DNA of 64,000 nucleotides from Nitrospirota bacterium (lineage in GTDB: Bacteria; Nitrospirota; Nitrospiria; Nitrospirales; Nitrospiraceae), in assembly GCA_963703955.1 (NCBI GenBank), contig CAVPGK010000006.1, positions 161,403-225,402 on the forward strand, written 5' to 3'. A program made the translations under genes and the position numbers. A model generated the notes under the pieces. The model did not search any database and was not told where the DNA came from. It saw nothing but the letters and a program-made list of their open reading frames with translations. Shown here piece by piece: positions 45,635 to 55,931 of this stretch (position 1 is the first letter of the stretch; every line of letters begins with the position of its first letter).

Positions 45635-46291
45635 TCATGTTCTATGTGCTGTGAAGACGTGCCAGTTTCGGTCGTTGCTTGCTTTGGTTGCCGCTTCGTG
45701 TTTGTCGCATTCGATACGCAGCAAGCGATCTCCAAACGCCTCCTTGAAGAAGGCGCAATGATGCGGCCGCCTGGCATCTTTATGCGCGTGCGGCTGAAAG
45801 AACCGGCACGTGAGGCACATGCGGACAGCGGGAACATCCCCGCGGAGGTGCAGAATGTGGACGATCTTGAGCAATGCGGGGAGCAGCATCTTCTGTTCGG
45901 CAACCGGAAGTTGGTCGGCTACCGCGCCGAGAGCGTCTCGGCGGCCCTTGCCCCCTTCGGCCAGGCGTCTCCCTTTTGACGACAGTCGCACAGTCACGAT
46001 ACGAGCGTCATCGTGAGAGCGGGTCTTCCGAGCCAGTCCTTTTCGTTCCAACGTCTTAACCATGTCCGAGACCGTCGGGAGCGACACCGCCAACTCTTCG
46101 GCAAGAGTCGACACCGTGGCCGCCTCCCCGGGCTGCGTTCGCAGCACCGTCAAGGCCTGCGACTGTAACGGAGTAATCCGCCGCGCTCCCGCTTCCTTCC
46201 ATGCCCGGCTCCGGATCGCCATGCTGACCTTTCTCAACCCCACCGCGATCCGCCGGGCAAGTGACTCGGTACTGACATCCATGGTTTTCAC
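45635..46291 (-). CDS. MarR-family regulator with C-terminal Cys/His metal-binding motif
   Basis: wHTH (TVSTLAEELAVSLPTVSDMVKTLERKGL..DAR..LSSKG) and CLTC..H..HHC..C..H. Confidence 0.88.
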   Translation of the reverse strand: MKTMDVSTESLARRIAVGLRKVSMAIRSRAWKEAGARRITPLQSQALTVLRTQPGEAATVSTLAEELAVSLPTVSDMVKTLERKGLARKTRSHDDARIVTVRLSSKGRRLAEGGKGRRDALGAVADQLPVAEQKMLLPALLKIVHILHLRGDVPAVRMCLTCRFFQPHAHKDARRPHHCAFFKEAFGDRLLRIECDKHEAATKASNDRNWHVFTAHRT

Positions 46292-46389
46292 TGCCTCCCC
46301 TCCCTAAAGATGAGTAATGCCGATGTTTCGTTCTCCTTACGACGAGGCTGCAGTATACGTACTTCCACCACATTCAATCAAGAGCGACA

Positions 46390-46405
46390 TAAGTCCTATG
46401 ACTTA
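46390..46405. promoter_or_regulatory. Palindromic operator TAAGTC-N4-GACTTA
   Basis: Perfect 6-bp inverted repeat in the divergent intergenic region upstream of the MarR gene. Confidence 0.55.
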
Positions 46406-46546
46406 AGTCTAATTGCGCCTTTGTCCCCGTTCACGCGATGATACGCTCCGATAGGGACACGGCAGCTCAGTCCAATCGCGCAGGCCACTCGGTGACCGCA
46501 TGAGTCAGGGGATCGTCAGTTCGAAACAGGGAGGGAAGCGGCGTTC

Positions 46547-46915
46547 ATGTCTAGTTCATACCCGCCACAGACACTGATCGCGTCGGACTCCTCTTCGTTT
46601 GAACAACGCCTCGCCGTGTTGGACGAGGCGTTGCCCGCCGCCGACGACTCCGCACGGGAGCTCTTGCACGCGCTGCGCGCATCCGTTGTACGTGTGAGGA
46701 AAGAATTGGCCGGGATTCACATCCCGTCTCTGTTGGGGGGAACAGCCGTGCGGCCCGCGTGCTTTGACTGCGGCGCCAAGAACCTCGAGGTCTTCTACAC
46801 CTCACAACATGGTCAGTATCATTTGTGCGCGCCGTGTTTCGGCGTGCGAGTCGCTCACGGACGGGCGCAATCTCCCGATGAATCAGCCCAGGGGGTGTCC
46901 GGTGAGGTACTCTAA
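46547..46915 (+). CDS. Hypothetical zinc-finger protein
   Basis: CFDCGAKNLEVFY...HLCAPC; GGAGG RBS. Confidence 0.65.
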   Translation: MSSSYPPQTLIASDSSSFEQRLAVLDEALPAADDSARELLHALRASVVRVRKELAGIHIPSLLGGTAVRPACFDCGAKNLEVFYTSQHGQYHLCAPCFGVRVAHGRAQSPDESAQGVSGEVL

Positions 46916-46937
46916 CCTTCATCCATAGGCAAGCTCC

Positions 46938-47201
46938 ATGAAACGCATACGGAATTACAGCGATCAGATGAGAGACGAGGAATTGGAACCCCTGACAACC
47001 ACCTTGCTGTTCTATCTGGTCAAGCGATGCGGCGGAGAGGTGGTGTTCACGCCTACGGACGCGACGACGACAGAGTCCTGCCTAAGCACCGACATGCTTC
47101 ACATGTCAATCGGCAACGATATCCGTCTGAGGATCGTCACACGCCCACCTGAACTGCAGAAGGCCTCCGAGCAGCCTTCGCCCCACGCAGATTTGCGTTA
47201 A
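46938..47201 (+). CDS. Hypothetical protein
   Basis: ORF directly following 46547-46915. Confidence 0.55.
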   Translation: MKRIRNYSDQMRDEELEPLTTTLLFYLVKRCGGEVVFTPTDATTTESCLSTDMLHMSIGNDIRLRIVTRPPELQKASEQPSPHADLR

Positions 47202-47339
47202 GTGCGGGGCCTTCCTGCTGAGCCCCTCCCCATCCCATGCCTTCAAGCTGTTCTCAGCTTCGCTCTTCCGTTGACAAGTGGGGGACTGAAGCCTAAGATG
47301 CGCCTCGGTTCTTCCATCATTGTGGCGACGAGCGTCCCC

Positions 47340-47972
47340 ATGACCCTGCAAGAACTCAGTGCCTCTCTGTACAATTGTCAGCGCTGCAAATTGGCCAAGC
47401 TCGGCCGAAGCCAGGTGGTCTTCGGCGTCGGGAATCCCCGTGCCTCTATCATGTTCGTCGGAGAAGCGCCCGGATTCTATGAAGACCAGCAGGGTGAACC
47501 GTTCGTGGGTGCGGCGGGCAAGCTTCTGAACGAACTTCTGCAGTCGGCAGGGCTCTCTCGGTCGGAAATCTATATCGCGAATGTGATCAAGTGCCGCCCG
47601 CCGAACAATCGCGATCCGGAACCGGATGAGGTGGAGACCTGCAAGCCGTTTCTTCTGCAACAGATTGAGATGATCCAACCCAAGGTCGTGTGCACGCTGG
47701 GGAATTGGGCGACCAGAACGTTGCTGGAGAAGAACGTGGGGATTACCAAGGTCCGAGGGCAGGCAATTCGCCGGGAAAAGTTTGTGATTTTTCCCCTCCT
47801 CCATCCTGCGGCCGCGCTGCACCAGGGCAACTTGCGCGAACCCTTGGAGGAGGATTTTCGGAAACTCAAAGCCTATCTGGATCAGGCCGACGCACCGGCG
47901 CCCCCCGCCAGCTCTTCCGTATCAGCGGACCCGCCGGTCCACAGCCAACAGCTTCAGATGGATCTGTTCTGA
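47340..47972 (+). CDS. Uracil-DNA glycosylase family 4 (Fe-S)
   Basis: CQRCKL, GEAPG, PFVGAAG, NVIKCRPPNNR, HPAA. Confidence 0.95.
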   Translation: MTLQELSASLYNCQRCKLAKLGRSQVVFGVGNPRASIMFVGEAPGFYEDQQGEPFVGAAGKLLNELLQSAGLSRSEIYIANVIKCRPPNNRDPEPDEVETCKPFLLQQIEMIQPKVVCTLGNWATRTLLEKNVGITKVRGQAIRREKFVIFPLLHPAAALHQGNLREPLEEDFRKLKAYLDQADAPAPPASSSVSADPPVHSQQLQMDLF

Positions 47973-48023
47973 GCTACCCGCCTTCTCGTCCGATTACCTT
48001 CAGGTTGTCAGAGGACCGAGGGG

Positions 48024-48470
48024 TCAGGCTTCGGCTTTCTTGTGATCAACTTCCTGGCCAGAGGTTTCTTCACCGGTCGCCGGCCCTTCCTGTTCAGGTT
48101 CCTCGAACCAGGCGACGAGCATCTCATCCCACCAGGTCTCATCTATATTGGGACCTGGATCGACTCCAAGACTGTCCGTGTCCTCCTTAGTCATGGATGG
48201 ACCGACCACCGTGGGATCGAACTTGGCGCGGGCAATCACTTCCTGGGTGGCGAACCCGCCCACGATCCAGGAATCCGGGTCCGCGCGGCGTGATTTGTAG
48301 GCCTTCAGACCATGCTTCAGGTACAAAAAGACCTGCCGCTGCACCTCATCACCGACTCCGCTTGGCGGCAGGCTCAACGTCTTTTCGATTTTCTTTCGCC
48401 AATGCCGGTCGTTGTAGCGCGAGGTCAATAACTGCAGCATCTGTTTGCCTCGTTCGGCATCAAGCGCCAT
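48024..48470 (-). CDS. Conserved hypothetical protein
   Basis: ORF coupled to 48460-48759. Confidence 0.7.
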   Translation of the reverse strand: MALDAERGKQMLQLLTSRYNDRHWRKKIEKTLSLPPSGVGDEVQRQVFLYLKHGLKAYKSRRADPDSWIVGGFATQEVIARAKFDPTVVGPSMTKEDTDSLGVDPGPNIDETWWDEMLVAWFEEPEQEGPATGEETSGQEVDHKKAEA

Positions 48471-48759
48471 GGAGAGTCTCCGATGGCTCGCTCGCTTCCA
48501 ACTCCACCGTATCGGTCAGACGGCACGCTTCCAAGAACTCGCGGCAACGACCATGCTCATAGGTCGGGACATAGACAAACAGCCCCATGTACTCCCCCCT
48601 CATCACCGAGGTGGTGGTGAAAGGCTCAAGCTTCAGCAGGTAATCGATGCCCGATTCGGTCAACAGACGCTCCGCCTTTTCCGCGTCGATCAGATTCCCC
48701 GCAATATAGACCAGGCTAAGCGGCACGCCTGCCAATTCTTCTTCCGTTCTCCGCGGCAT
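48460..48759 (-). CDS. Hypothetical protein (DUF2007-like)
   Basis: DAEKAERLLTESGIDY...LFVYVP pattern. Confidence 0.65.
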   Translation of the reverse strand: MPRRTEEELAGVPLSLVYIAGNLIDAEKAERLLTESGIDYLLKLEPFTTTSVMRGEYMGLFVYVPTYEHGRCREFLEACRLTDTVELEASEPSETLHGA

Positions 48760-48787
48760 GTTGTATCTCTTATTGGATTATTTCCCT

Positions 48788-49007
48788 AGGATGCTCAAAA
48801 GGGTCATCATCACACCCGCCCGCCCCAGGCACGCCAAGACGCGCCCCTTCCCGAGGCGAGGCCGCAGGCGTACCCTCTGGGGGCGCACGGTGCGACGAAT
48901 AAGGAGCACCACGTTTGTGCGCGCCGACGAGCCGGTGAGGCGGCCGGGTCTTCCGTTGAGGATGTTGACAAGCCGAGAACAAAGTTGGGGACCTTTTTCA
49001 GCATCCT
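48788..49007. repeat. MITE-like repeat (AGGATGCTCAAAA...TTTTCAGCATCCT)
   Basis: Terminal inverted repeats; related short copy at 57347-57470; right end overlaps the DLH stop codon. Confidence 0.8.
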
Positions 49008-49740
49008 ACGCAAGATGTTGTTTAAAGAACGCCAGTGCCCGGTTCCACGCATCGTTCGCTTCCGCCGGCTTATAGACTTCCTTGCGCGTGTCATTAAAGA
49101 AGGCGTGAGATGCGCCTGGATACGTTTTGATTTCGCCGGTCTTGTTGTACTTCTTGAGCGCGTTTGCCAGACGCTGCACGTCGGCCCTGGCAATGAAGCC
49201 GTCCTCCTCCCCATATATATAAAGGATAGGACAGGCCAGCTTCTGAAGGGGAGTGTCGGGATTGGGAACCCAGCCGTAGAACGGAACAGCAGCTTTGATT
49301 CCCGGGGTCGTGCAGGGCAGCATCAATGCATAGGTCCCGCCCATGCAGAACCCCGTCACCCCGATCCGGTTTGCGTCCGCCTCAGGGACCGTCTTGAGAT
49401 AGGCGACCGTCGCGTTCAAATCCTTGAGGCCATCAGCCTGCTGCAGAGCGTTCATCAGTTTACCCGCTTCGTTGGGGTCCTTCGTGATCTTATTTCCCTG
49501 GCGGGAATAGAGGTCGGGAGCGATGCTCACATAGCCCTGCCTTGCATAGCGCCGGGCGATGTCCTTGACATGATCATTCAACCCCCACCACTCTTGCACA
49601 ATAATGATCGCCGCCCGCGCTTTGCCCGGAGGAGTCACCCCATAGGCGCGCACGGTCACTCCCTCGCTCGGATACTGGACCATGCCATCCTTCAGATCTC
49701 GATCTGTGAACATGTCTGCCATCTCACGCCCTCCGGTCAA
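49006..49740 (-). CDS. Dienelactone hydrolase family protein
   Basis: QEWWGLN, GFCMGG nucleophile motif, HAFFND. Confidence 0.95.
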   Translation of the reverse strand: MTGGREMADMFTDRDLKDGMVQYPSEGVTVRAYGVTPPGKARAAIIIVQEWWGLNDHVKDIARRYARQGYVSIAPDLYSRQGNKITKDPNEAGKLMNALQQADGLKDLNATVAYLKTVPEADANRIGVTGFCMGGTYALMLPCTTPGIKAAVPFYGWVPNPDTPLQKLACPILYIYGEEDGFIARADVQRLANALKKYNKTGEIKTYPGASHAFFNDTRKEVYKPAEANDAWNRALAFFKQHLA

Positions 49741-49775
49741 TCACCCACTCACCGGATCAACTCACGTCACATTCC

Positions 49776-51131
49776 TCAATTGCCCGCGATCATCATCTCG
49801 CTGATCTTGATCGTGGGGCTGGCAATCCGCCCGCGAAACTCCAAATCGTTGCCGATCATCTCCATGTTCATAAACATCTGTTTCAGGTTGCCGGCGATCG
49901 TGATTTCCTCCACCGGATAGGCCAACTCGCCGTTTTCGATCCAGAACCCCGCAGCCCCTCGGGAGTAGTCACCGGTCACCATGTTAATGCCGAAGCCGAT
50001 GAGCTCCGTCACATAGAGACCCGTTCGGACCGACCCGATGATCTCTTCCGGCGAGCTCGCGCCCGGAACCAGATAAAAGTTGGTGGGGCCAACCGACGGA
50101 TTCTCCCCCACCCCACGCGACGCGTTGCCGGTTGACGCCAACCCCAACTTCCTTCCGGAGTACGTATCGAGCAGGTAACTCCGAAGGACTCCCCGTTCCA
50201 CAATCGTGTTCTTTCTCGTGGGAAGCCCCTCGCCGTCGAAGGGCCGGGAGCCGAGGCGTCCGGGCATACGACCGTCATCATAGATCGTAATTGTCTCCGG
50301 GGCGATCTGCTTCTCCAGATGATCGATCAGAAAGGAAGCGCCCTTATATAGGGCATACCCGGACGCGGCGCTGCAGAGATTGCCCAGGAGACTGCCCGCC
50401 ATCTCTTGATCGAAGATCACCGGCGCACGCCGGGTCGTCAGCTTGCGGGCGCCCAGGCGCCGAACCGTTCGACGCGCCGCTTCTCGCCCCACGGACTCCG
50501 GAGTGTCGAGGCGAGCATATTTCCGTTCAGCGGCGTACCAATAATCTCGTTGCATGCCTTGCGCGTCCGGAGCCGTCGCAATCGGCGAGACCGACACGGA
50601 AAAACTGGAGCTTCGATACTCTCCGACGAATCCGTGACTGTTCGACAGCACGACACGCCCGTGCGCCGATTGAAAATCCGCGCCTTCCGAATTGGTAATC
50701 CTCGGATCGGCCGCCATCGCGGCCTCCTCCGCCCGCCGCGCCAACTCGATTTGCTGCTCGGTCTCCAGCGAGGTCCGATCGTACAGGTCGAGATCGGGCG
50801 GATCTTTCGCCATGAGATCGCCAGCCGGCAAGCCCGACTGGGGATCCTCAACGACTGCTGCTGCGAGCGTGCACGTATCGTTCACCAGATTTTCAAGCGA
50901 ATCGTGCGAGAAATCGGACGTGGACGCGCTGGCCGACCTTTGGCCGACGAACACCCGCAGCCCCAGTCGCTTTTCACGGGCTTTTGTCAGACGATCCACC
51001 GCCGACAGTCGGACCTGGACGGAAAAAGTTTCCCCATCCGCGACTATGACATCTGCTTCCGTCGCGCCCCGCCGCTTCGCCCGAGCCAACAGGTCCACCG
51101 CTAGTTCCGAGAGATTATTATCGCTGGCCAT
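49776..51131 (-). CDS. pmbA: TldD/PmbA family protein PmbA (TldE)
   Basis: SRPFDGEG, TGDYSRGAAGFWIENGE..PVEEITIAGNL; downstream of tldD. Confidence 0.93.
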   Translation of the reverse strand: MASDNNLSELAVDLLARAKRRGATEADVIVADGETFSVQVRLSAVDRLTKAREKRLGLRVFVGQRSASASTSDFSHDSLENLVNDTCTLAAAVVEDPQSGLPAGDLMAKDPPDLDLYDRTSLETEQQIELARRAEEAAMAADPRITNSEGADFQSAHGRVVLSNSHGFVGEYRSSSFSVSVSPIATAPDAQGMQRDYWYAAERKYARLDTPESVGREAARRTVRRLGARKLTTRRAPVIFDQEMAGSLLGNLCSAASGYALYKGASFLIDHLEKQIAPETITIYDDGRMPGRLGSRPFDGEGLPTRKNTIVERGVLRSYLLDTYSGRKLGLASTGNASRGVGENPSVGPTNFYLVPGASSPEEIIGSVRTGLYVTELIGFGINMVTGDYSRGAAGFWIENGELAYPVEEITIAGNLKQMFMNMEMIGNDLEFRGRIASPTIKISEMMIAGN

Positions 51132-51157
51132 GGATCCGAGCCTTCTCTTCTTCCCAT

Positions 51158-51250
51158 AGGAGTGGCCGGGTTGACCTCCATTGCGCGCTGGTTTTCACCC
51201 GCCCGCCCCAGGCGCGCCGAGACGCGCCCCTCCCGTGCGAGCACCTTCCT
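51158..51250. repeat. Intergenic repeat sharing the CACCCGCCCGCCCCAGGC.CGCC.AGACGCGCCCCT module
   Basis: 51198-51231 matches ~48814-48849. Confidence 0.55.
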
Positions 51251-51298
51251 AGCGTGCGCGCTGCGCGAGCGCGGAGGCGAGCCTAGTCACCTCACCCC

Positions 51299-52735
51299 TC
51301 ATCCCTGCGTCCCCCCTACCGTGATTTCATCAATCCGAATCGTCGGCAAGCCGACCCCGACCGGGACCGACTGTCCATCCTTGCCACAGGTGCCGATACC
51401 CTCATCCAGTTTCAAATCGTGCCCCACCATCGAGACTCGGGTCAGGATCTCCGGTCCGTTTCCGATCAGCGTCGCGCCCTTAACCGGCTTCGTAATCTCT
51501 CCGTCCTCAATCAGATACGCTTCACTGGCGGAAAATACGAATTTGCCGTTGGTGATGTCCACTTGCCCGCCCCCGAAGGACACCGCGTACAAGCCGCGCT
51601 TGACCGAGCGAATGATCTCCTTCGGATCCGAGTCTCCAGCCAGCATGAAGGTGTTGGTCATCCGCGGAAGAGGAATCGCTTGAAAGCTCTCGCGCCGGCC
51701 GTTTCCGGTGAGCGGAATACCCATCAGACGGGCATTGAGACGATCTGTGAGATAGCCACGCAAGATGCCGCGCTCGATCAGCACGGTTCGGCTGGTCGGC
51801 GTGCCTTCATCGTCCATGTTCAGGGAGCCGCGCCGAAACGGAAGTGTGCCGTCATCCACGATCGTACAGACGTCCGAGGCGACTCGCTTCCCCAAGAGAT
51901 CTGTAAACGCCGATGTTTTCCGCCGGTTGAAATCCGCTTCCAGGCCGTGTCCGATGGCTTCATGTAACAGAATGCCCGGCCATCCTCCCGCCAACACCAC
52001 AGGCATGACACCGGCTGGTGCGTCCACCGCGCTTAGGTTCAGAATGGCCTGCCGCGCCGCCTCTCTGGCATAGTAGGCATACCGCTCTTGCTCATGGAAG
52101 AAGGCAAAGCCCACCCGTCCTCCGCCGCCGAATGTCCCGACCTGGCGATTGCCCCCCTCTTCGGCGATGCAGGTGACTTGGAGGCGCGAGAGCGGTTGTA
52201 CGTCACCGACCACAAGACCTTCCGAAGTCGCAACCATGACCCGCTTCAGCTCGGTATTAAAGGAGGCCATGACATTCTTGATGCGGGGGTCGTACTTGCG
52301 CGCCGACGCGTCGATCAAGTTGAGGAGATCGACACATTCCGACGTGGCGACCTTTTCCGCCGACGCGTCAATGGGATAGAGATCCCGTGTCGGTCTGGCT
52401 CGTTGAGTCACCGGCAACGCATGGTCGCCTTGCGGAGAATTCGCAATATAACGAGCAGTGTCCGCCGCGATTTCCAAGTCCCGCTTCGTCAGCTCGTCGG
52501 AATAAGCAAACCCGGTCTTCTCTCCGGCCGTGGCTCTTACGCCGGCTCCCTGTGACAGGCTTTTCACGGCGCGTTTGACGAGGCCTTCCTCCATCGATAC
52601 CGACTGGGACACCTGGGATTCGAAATACAGGTCCGCATAATCCACGTCACGGACCTTCACTTTCCCCAAGGCGTGGCTGATCTCCCGCTCGGTCAAGCCG
52701 AAGTGCGCTAGTTCAACGGTCTGTTCAGTCTTCAT
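51299..52735 (-). CDS. tldD: Metalloprotease TldD
   Basis: LLHEAIGHGLEAD, PRMTNT, CGKDGQSVPVGVG. Confidence 0.96.
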   Translation of the reverse strand: MKTEQTVELAHFGLTEREISHALGKVKVRDVDYADLYFESQVSQSVSMEEGLVKRAVKSLSQGAGVRATAGEKTGFAYSDELTKRDLEIAADTARYIANSPQGDHALPVTQRARPTRDLYPIDASAEKVATSECVDLLNLIDASARKYDPRIKNVMASFNTELKRVMVATSEGLVVGDVQPLSRLQVTCIAEEGGNRQVGTFGGGGRVGFAFFHEQERYAYYAREAARQAILNLSAVDAPAGVMPVVLAGGWPGILLHEAIGHGLEADFNRRKTSAFTDLLGKRVASDVCTIVDDGTLPFRRGSLNMDDEGTPTSRTVLIERGILRGYLTDRLNARLMGIPLTGNGRRESFQAIPLPRMTNTFMLAGDSDPKEIIRSVKRGLYAVSFGGGQVDITNGKFVFSASEAYLIEDGEITKPVKGATLIGNGPEILTRVSMVGHDLKLDEGIGTCGKDGQSVPVGVGLPTIRIDEITVGGTQG

Positions 52736-52944
52736 GAAAAATCATCTCCGAAGGTAAGTCGTCGCGACACAAGTGGTCGAGTATATCCGATTCCTTCTCA
52801 ATGGCGCAATGCGAAGGGCTCAAACCTCCTGTTTTTTCAGACCTCTCGTTGACTTTTGGCTATCTGCTGATTAGACTTGCATGATTGCCGGCTTGTCTAT
52901 TGAATCCTACGAATCTCGTATTTTTTTGAGGAATATCCTTCAGG

Positions 52945-53742
52945 ATGACCAAAGGCACCGCGACAAGCGCTGAGCACCTATCAGAAGCCGACTTGCTCGC
53001 AACGTTGGACCTCGACTCGCTGCCCAAGCACATCGCGATCATCATGGATGGGAACGGTCGATGGGCCGAATTGCGCCACCTCCCACGCATCGCCGGGCAC
53101 CAGGAAGGGCTCAATTCGGTTCGCGAAATCATCGTGTTGTGTGGCGAGCTGGGCATCCGCACCCTGACCATCTATGCCTTTTCCCAAGAAAATTGGAAAC
53201 GGCCCATACCCGAAATCAACGCCCTCATGATGTTATTGGAACACTATCTTCAGAGCGAACTGGATACCTTGATCGAGAAAGGCATCCGCTTTCGGGCCAT
53301 CGGTCAGGTGGACTCTCTGCCTCTTTCGGCAAGAAATTGGGTGTGGAAAGTCGAGCGCGAAACCGCTCACCTCGACAAGCTGACGCTCGCCGTCGCGCTC
53401 AGTTACGGCGGTCGTTCGGAGATCGTGGACGCGGTTCGCCGGCTCGCGCGGGATTGCAAAGACGGGAAGGTCGAGGTGGAGTCGATCGATGAAGCCCTTA
53501 TGGAAGGTTACCTGTCCACCCAGGGTCTTCCTGATCCCGATCTCTTGATTCGCACGAGCGGCGAGTCCCGAATCAGTAATTTTCTACTCTGGCAACTGGC
53601 CTATACGGAGATGTACTTTACGCCGACCCTGTGGCCAGACTTTCGGCGGCGTGAGGCCTTGCTGGCCCTCCTCGAATACCAACGGCGCGAACGGCGATTT
53701 GGTCGTGTCACGCGCGCCCCTTACCCGCAGAGCGAGTTGTGA
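52945..53742 (+). CDS. uppS: Undecaprenyl diphosphate synthase
   Basis: HIAIIMDGNGRWA, FSQENWKRP, IRTSGESRISNFLLWQ. Confidence 0.97.
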   Translation: MTKGTATSAEHLSEADLLATLDLDSLPKHIAIIMDGNGRWAELRHLPRIAGHQEGLNSVREIIVLCGELGIRTLTIYAFSQENWKRPIPEINALMMLLEHYLQSELDTLIEKGIRFRAIGQVDSLPLSARNWVWKVERETAHLDKLTLAVALSYGGRSEIVDAVRRLARDCKDGKVEVESIDEALMEGYLSTQGLPDPDLLIRTSGESRISNFLLWQLAYTEMYFTPTLWPDFRRREALLALLEYQRRERRFGRVTRAPYPQSEL

Positions 53743-54629
53743 CTCGACAGTCTGTTGAGTGCGAAATTGAGGGACGGCCGCACGAAGCCATTGTAACGTC
53801 CGGGCGATCCCCGGCCGCCAAGCGCCCGGATGCGAGGCGCCTTTATGCCGCCGTCGTCTTCATCCCGCTTTTCTATCTCCTGATCCGGTATCTGCCCCCG
53901 GCGGCCTTGTTCGGACTTGTCCTTGCGGTCGCGCTCACCGCGGCGACCGAATTTTACCGCATGCACTTTCGCGAACGAAGGGCTGCGGTGGACATCGCTC
54001 TCGGGCTTGGGCTCACTGGTTGCCTGCTGATCAGCATGCAGTGGCCAAGCTTGGTCTCGGAACGGACGGTCTGGCTGCTGACGGTCTGCGCAGTGTTGAT
54101 CTCTCGCCTCACCGCAACACGTGAGCTCGGCCGAAGCTTCGTCGATTCAGCCGTCTTGGTCTTCGGCGTCCTCTACATTGGACTCACACTTGGATATCTG
54201 CTTCTCACACGAGCGTTGCCGGACGGGGCATTTCTCATCTTCTTCGTGGTCCTGGTCACATGGGCAGGCGATACCGGCGCGTACTATGCGGGCGTCACCT
54301 TTGGGAGCAGGAAAATTGCTCCCACCATCAGCCCGAACAAGACGGTTGAAGGCCTGATCGGGGGACTGCTCCTGTCGCTCGCGGCCACGTTCGTCGGACG
54401 GTTCTGGTTCTTACCGTCCTTCACGGTAGCGGATTGCCTGGCAACCGCCTTTTTGTTGACCGGGGCCGGCGTGTTGGGGGATCTGTCCGAATCGGCGCTC
54501 AAGCGAAGCGCGGGGGTGAAGGATTCAGGAACGATGATTCCGGCCCATGGGGGCATGCTGGATCGAGTGGACAGCCTGCTTTTCACCGCTCCTGCGTTTT
54601 ACTACTACATGACACTGATGAAAGGCTAA
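53739..54629 (+). CDS. cdsA: Phosphatidate cytidylyltransferase
   Basis: DTGAY, ISPNKTVEG, GDLSESALKR..GVKDSG..IPAHGGMLDRVDS. Confidence 0.96.
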   Translation: MTRQSVECEIEGRPHEAIVTSGRSPAAKRPDARRLYAAVVFIPLFYLLIRYLPPAALFGLVLAVALTAATEFYRMHFRERRAAVDIALGLGLTGCLLISMQWPSLVSERTVWLLTVCAVLISRLTATRELGRSFVDSAVLVFGVLYIGLTLGYLLLTRALPDGAFLIFFVVLVTWAGDTGAYYAGVTFGSRKIAPTISPNKTVEGLIGGLLLSLAATFVGRFWFLPSFTVADCLATAFLLTGAGVLGDLSESALKRSAGVKDSGTMIPAHGGMLDRVDSLLFTAPAFYYYMTLMKG

Positions 54630-54737
54630 GCTCTCAGTCGTCGGTATCGGTCATCAACTTCCGGTTCATTTCTCAGTGGAAGGAACGGGAGGGGGAACCT
54701 GGTGGCTGAACGCCGACCGTATGCGAAAGGGCCGGCG

Positions 54738-55898
54738 ATGAAGAATATCGTCATTCTGGGCTCCACTGGGTCTATCGGCACCAATACACTGGACATCGTA
54801 GCCAAGTTTCCGGATCGGTTTCGAGTCGTCGGTCTCACTGCCGGCACGAATGATGAGAAGCTGGAGGAACAGGTTCGTGTGTTCAAGCCTCGGGCCGTGG
54901 CTCTGTCGGATGAGCGGGCCGCCGAACGACTGCGACATCGATCCGGAACCACCCCGGTCGAGATTCTTTCCGGCATCCAGGGCGTGAAGAGCGTTGCTGA
55001 GCTGCCCGATTCCGATCTTGTCGTGTCCGGGATTGTCGGAGGAGCCGGGTTGGTGCCCACTCTCGCTGCGATCCGTGCCCGCAGGCCCGTCGCGCTCGCT
55101 AATAAGGAGCCGATGGTCATGGCTGGAAAGCTCATGCAGGAGGAGGCCCGTCGGCACGGCGTGCGCATCTTTCCGGTGGACAGCGAACACAGCGCGATTT
55201 TTCAGTCCTTGGAGGGTCACCGCCGACAGGACGTGCGCCGCCTGATTCTCACGGCGTCCGGCGGACCGTTGTGGGACCTACCTCACGAGCAAATGCGGGA
55301 CGTCAAACCCGCGCAGGCTTTGCAGCATCCGAACTGGAAAATGGGCGCCAAGATCACCATTGATTCGGCGACTCTGATGAACAAGGGTCTCGAGGTCATT
55401 GAAGCACGTTGGCTCTTCGATCTTCCACCGACCCAGATCGAAGTGCTGGTGCACCGGGAAAGCATCGTCCATTCTCTGGTAGAATATTGTGACGGGTCAG
55501 TGATCGCCCAATTAGGATTGCCTGACATGCGAACTCCGATCTCGTATGCGATGAACTATCCGGCTCGCTTGCCGTTGGAGCCGCCACCGTTGGATTTAGC
55601 TGCGTTCGGCAAGCTGACGTTTCACCGACCCGACCACGACCGATTTCCCTGCCTTGGGTTTGGTTACGACGCGCTCAGTATCGGCGGCACGATGCCGGCC
55701 GCCCTCAATGCCGCGAATGAAGTGGCAGTCGCGGCCTACCTGCAAGAAGGCATCACCTTTCAAGACATTGCCGATGTGATCCGCCGGACCATGGACGCGC
55801 ACCACCCGCACGAGGTGGAATCTTTGGAAGACGCCCTTGAGGCGGATCGTTGGGCGAGAGAGAAAGCCGACACGTTGGTTCACGCACGCGCGAGATAA
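54738..55898 (+). CDS. dxr: 1-deoxy-D-xylulose 5-phosphate reductoisomerase
   Basis: LGSTGSIG, LANKE, PVDSEH, HPNWKMGAKITIDSATLMNKGLE. Confidence 0.98.
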   Translation: MKNIVILGSTGSIGTNTLDIVAKFPDRFRVVGLTAGTNDEKLEEQVRVFKPRAVALSDERAAERLRHRSGTTPVEILSGIQGVKSVAELPDSDLVVSGIVGGAGLVPTLAAIRARRPVALANKEPMVMAGKLMQEEARRHGVRIFPVDSEHSAIFQSLEGHRRQDVRRLILTASGGPLWDLPHEQMRDVKPAQALQHPNWKMGAKITIDSATLMNKGLEVIEARWLFDLPPTQIEVLVHRESIVHSLVEYCDGSVIAQLGLPDMRTPISYAMNYPARLPLEPPPLDLAAFGKLTFHRPDHDRFPCLGFGYDALSIGGTMPAALNAANEVAVAAYLQEGITFQDIADVIRRTMDAHHPHEVESLEDALEADRWAREKADTLVHARAR

Positions 55899-55931
55899 CG
55901 GGATCACGTCACTCATCAAGGAGTCGCCATC

